A DNA stretch of 51,592 bases, the filler included, from Porpidia crustulata (lineage: Eukaryota), in the NCBI GenBank assembly GCA_964255105.1. It is 2 parts of 2 records of this genome, joined end to end, with 100 filler letters (N's around TTAATTAATTAA, not from the genome) between each part and the next. Parts side by side here need not be neighbours in the genome. Positions count along the whole stretch, not along the records: positions 25,848 to 51,592 come from CAXUWE010000048.1; 1 more part is not named here. One strand, written 5' to 3'. Position 1 is the first letter of the stretch; the number at the start of each line of letters is the position of its first letter. The position numbers and the translations under genes are program-made. The notes under the pieces were generated by a model. It saw nothing but the letters and a program-made list of their open reading frames with translations. It ran no database searches and was not told the DNA's origin. Below are positions 49,812-51,592 of this stretch, piece by piece.

Positions 49812-51592
49812 ATGGCACAGCTCGATACACTGGACATGATAGTGCTCGCCGTCCTCCTGGCGGGCACAGTCGCTTATTTCACGAAAGGGACATACTGGGC
49901 CGTTCCGAAAGATCCCTACGCTGGATCATATGCGGCAGCAAATGGTGCGAAGGCGGGGAAAACAAGGAACATACTGGAGAAGATGGATGAGTCTGGGAAA
50001 AACTGCGTCGTGTTCTACGGATCGCAGACAGGAACCGCCGAGGACTACGCTTCGAGGTTAGCGAAGGAAGGGTCGTCTCGTTTCGGGCTGAAGACCATGG
50101 TGGCGGATTTGGAAGACTACGAATACGAGAATTTGGACACCTTTCCAGATGACAAGGTAGCTATATTTGTACTTGCAACTTATGGCGAAGGAGAGCCCAC
50201 AGACAACGCAGTCGACTTTTACGAGTTTATCACTGGAGAAGAAACTACCTTCAGTCAAGGTGCTGGCCTAAATGGGAAACCTTTACAGAACCTGAGATTC
50301 GTTGCGTTCGGACTGGGAAATAACACATATGAGCACTACAACTCGATGGTTCGACGGGTCGACGCAGCGCTAGTGAAGTTCGGCGGATTGAGGATCGGAA
50401 CGGCTGGGGAGGGTGACGATGGTGCTGGTACAATGGAAGAAGATTTCTTGGCTTGGAAGGAGCCGATGTGGACTGAGCTATCGGAGAAGATGGCTCTTGA
50501 AGAGCGAGAAGCCGTGTACGAACCCGTCTTCAGTGTGGCGGAGCGAGACGACCTTAATGCTGAGGCGGACGAGGTGTACCTGGGTGAACCAAACAGGCAT
50601 CACCTCGAGGGCAAATCTCAAGGGCCATATAACTCACACAACCCATACATAGCGCCGATTTCCGAGTCGAAAGAGGTGTTTACTGTTAGAGACCGGAATT
50701 GCTTGCATATGGAAATCGACGTCAGCGGATCCAATTTGTCTTACCAAACAGGCGACCATGTGGCTGTGTGGCCAACAAACGCTGGGAAAGAGGTGGATCG
50801 ATTCTTGGAGGTCCTTGGTTTAGTGAGGAAACGTCACACTGTCATCAGTGTCAAAGGCCTCGATCCTACCGCCCGCGTCCCTTTCCCATCTCCGACCACG
50901 TACGACGCTGCCGTTCGATACCACATGGAAATTTGTGCCCCTGTATCCCGTCAATTTGTGTCCTCCCTCGCTCCTTTCTCTCCAGATGAGAAATCGAAGA
51001 TTGAGATGACAAGGATAGGCGAAGACAAAGACTACTTTAAAGACAAAGTTTCCAACCACTACCTCAACATCGCCCAACTCTTACAGAACGTCGACTCTTC
51101 CAAGCCATGGACCTCAATCCCCTTCTCTATTATGATCGAAGGCCTCCAGAAAATCCAACCCCGATATTATTCAATTTCCTCCTCTTCCCTAGTCCAGCCT
51201 AAGAAAATCTCCATCACCGCCGTTGTTGAAGAAATCCGCGTTCCAGGCTCCGAAAACATTGTCAAGGGCGTCACAACAAACTACCTCCTCGCCCTCAAGC
51301 AGAAGCAGCACGGTGATCCCAACCCGGATCCTCATGGTCTTACCTACAACATCACGGGTCCGCGAAACAAGTACGACGGCATCCACGTCCCTGTTCACGT
51401 CCGCCACTCCAACTTCAAACTCCCCTCGGATCCCTCAAAGCCCGTCATCATGGTCGGCCCCGGCTCCGGTGTCGCGCCTTTCCGCGGGTTCGTTCAAGAG
51501 CGCGCTGCCCAGGCCCAAGCAGGCGAAAACGTCGGGAAAACGCTACTTTTCTACGGCTGCAGGAAGCCTAGCGAGGACTTCCTCTATAAAGA
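49812..51592 (+). CDS. cprA: NADPH-cytochrome P450 reductase, 3' partial (absent from the ORF track because it runs off the window)
   Basis: MAQLDTLD TM anchor, FYGSQTGTAEDYA (FMN loop), ATYGEGEPTDNA, GLGNNTYEHYN, PRYYSISSS, MVGPGSGVAPFRGF, FYGCR. Confidence 0.97.
   Translation, partial: MAQLDTLDMIVLAVLLAGTVAYFTKGTYWAVPKDPYAGSYAAANGAKAGKTRNILEKMDESGKNCVVFYGSQTGTAEDYASRLAKEGSSRFGLKTMVADLEDYEYENLDTFPDDKVAIFVLATYGEGEPTDNAVDFYEFITGEETTFSQGAGLNGKPLQNLRFVAFGLGNNTYEHYNSMVRRVDAALVKFGGLRIGTAGEGDDGAGTMEEDFLAWKEPMWTELSEKMALEEREAVYEPVFSVAERDDLNAEADEVYLGEPNRHHLEGKSQGPYNSHNPYIAPISESKEVFTVRDRNCLHMEIDVSGSNLSYQTGDHVAVWPTNAGKEVDRFLEVLGLVRKRHTVISVKGLDPTARVPFPSPTTYDAAVRYHMEICAPVSRQFVSSLAPFSPDEKSKIEMTRIGEDKDYFKDKVSNHYLNIAQLLQNVDSSKPWTSIPFSIMIEGLQKIQPRYYSISSSSLVQPKKISITAVVEEIRVPGSENIVKGVTTNYLLALKQKQHGDPNPDPHGLTYNITGPRNKYDGIHVPVHVRHSNFKLPSDPSKPVIMVGPGSGVAPFRGFVQERAAQAQAGENVGKTLLFYGCRKPSEDFLYK

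Noticed and set aside
799..51592. P450s plus CPR plus IDI1 as one terpenoid cluster
   Set aside because: They sit on different contigs joined by an artificial spacer, and no terpene synthase is present.

Overview
Fungal (Pezizomycotina ascomycete) genomic DNA with short GT-AG introns. The window is two contigs of near-equal length joined by an artificial 100-nt spacer (N44-TTAATTAATTAA-N44, 25748-25847), so linkage across the spacer is not evidence. Contig A (1-25747) is an accessory island whose ends carry the same 51-bp TGTTAC-starting (LTR-like) sequence in inverted orientation. It holds an intact P450 / PTH11-like membrane protein / P450 triad, an intact 2H cyclic phosphodiesterase and an intact sulfotransferase-like gene. 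It also holds six disrupted genes: a GPI/mucin-like repeat protein, an unknown protein, DUF6594, a kinase with a NACHT-associated helical N-terminus, a ribokinase paralogue with an altered sugar site, and a second PTH11-like gene. Contig A further contains a 247-bp CAC-ended MITE with a near-perfect 5-bp TSD (Transib/CMC-like) and a short bacterial-looking chimeric fragment at a scaffold gap. Contig B (25848-51592) is ordinary housekeeping sequence: PlsB/GNPAT-like acyltransferase (partial), DUF202, GNAT, IDI1, MLH1, a GT-like protein, TAO3/PAG1 and NADPH-P450 reductase (partial, missed by the ORF track). Gene models were spliced by eye and family names come from motif recognition, not database searches.
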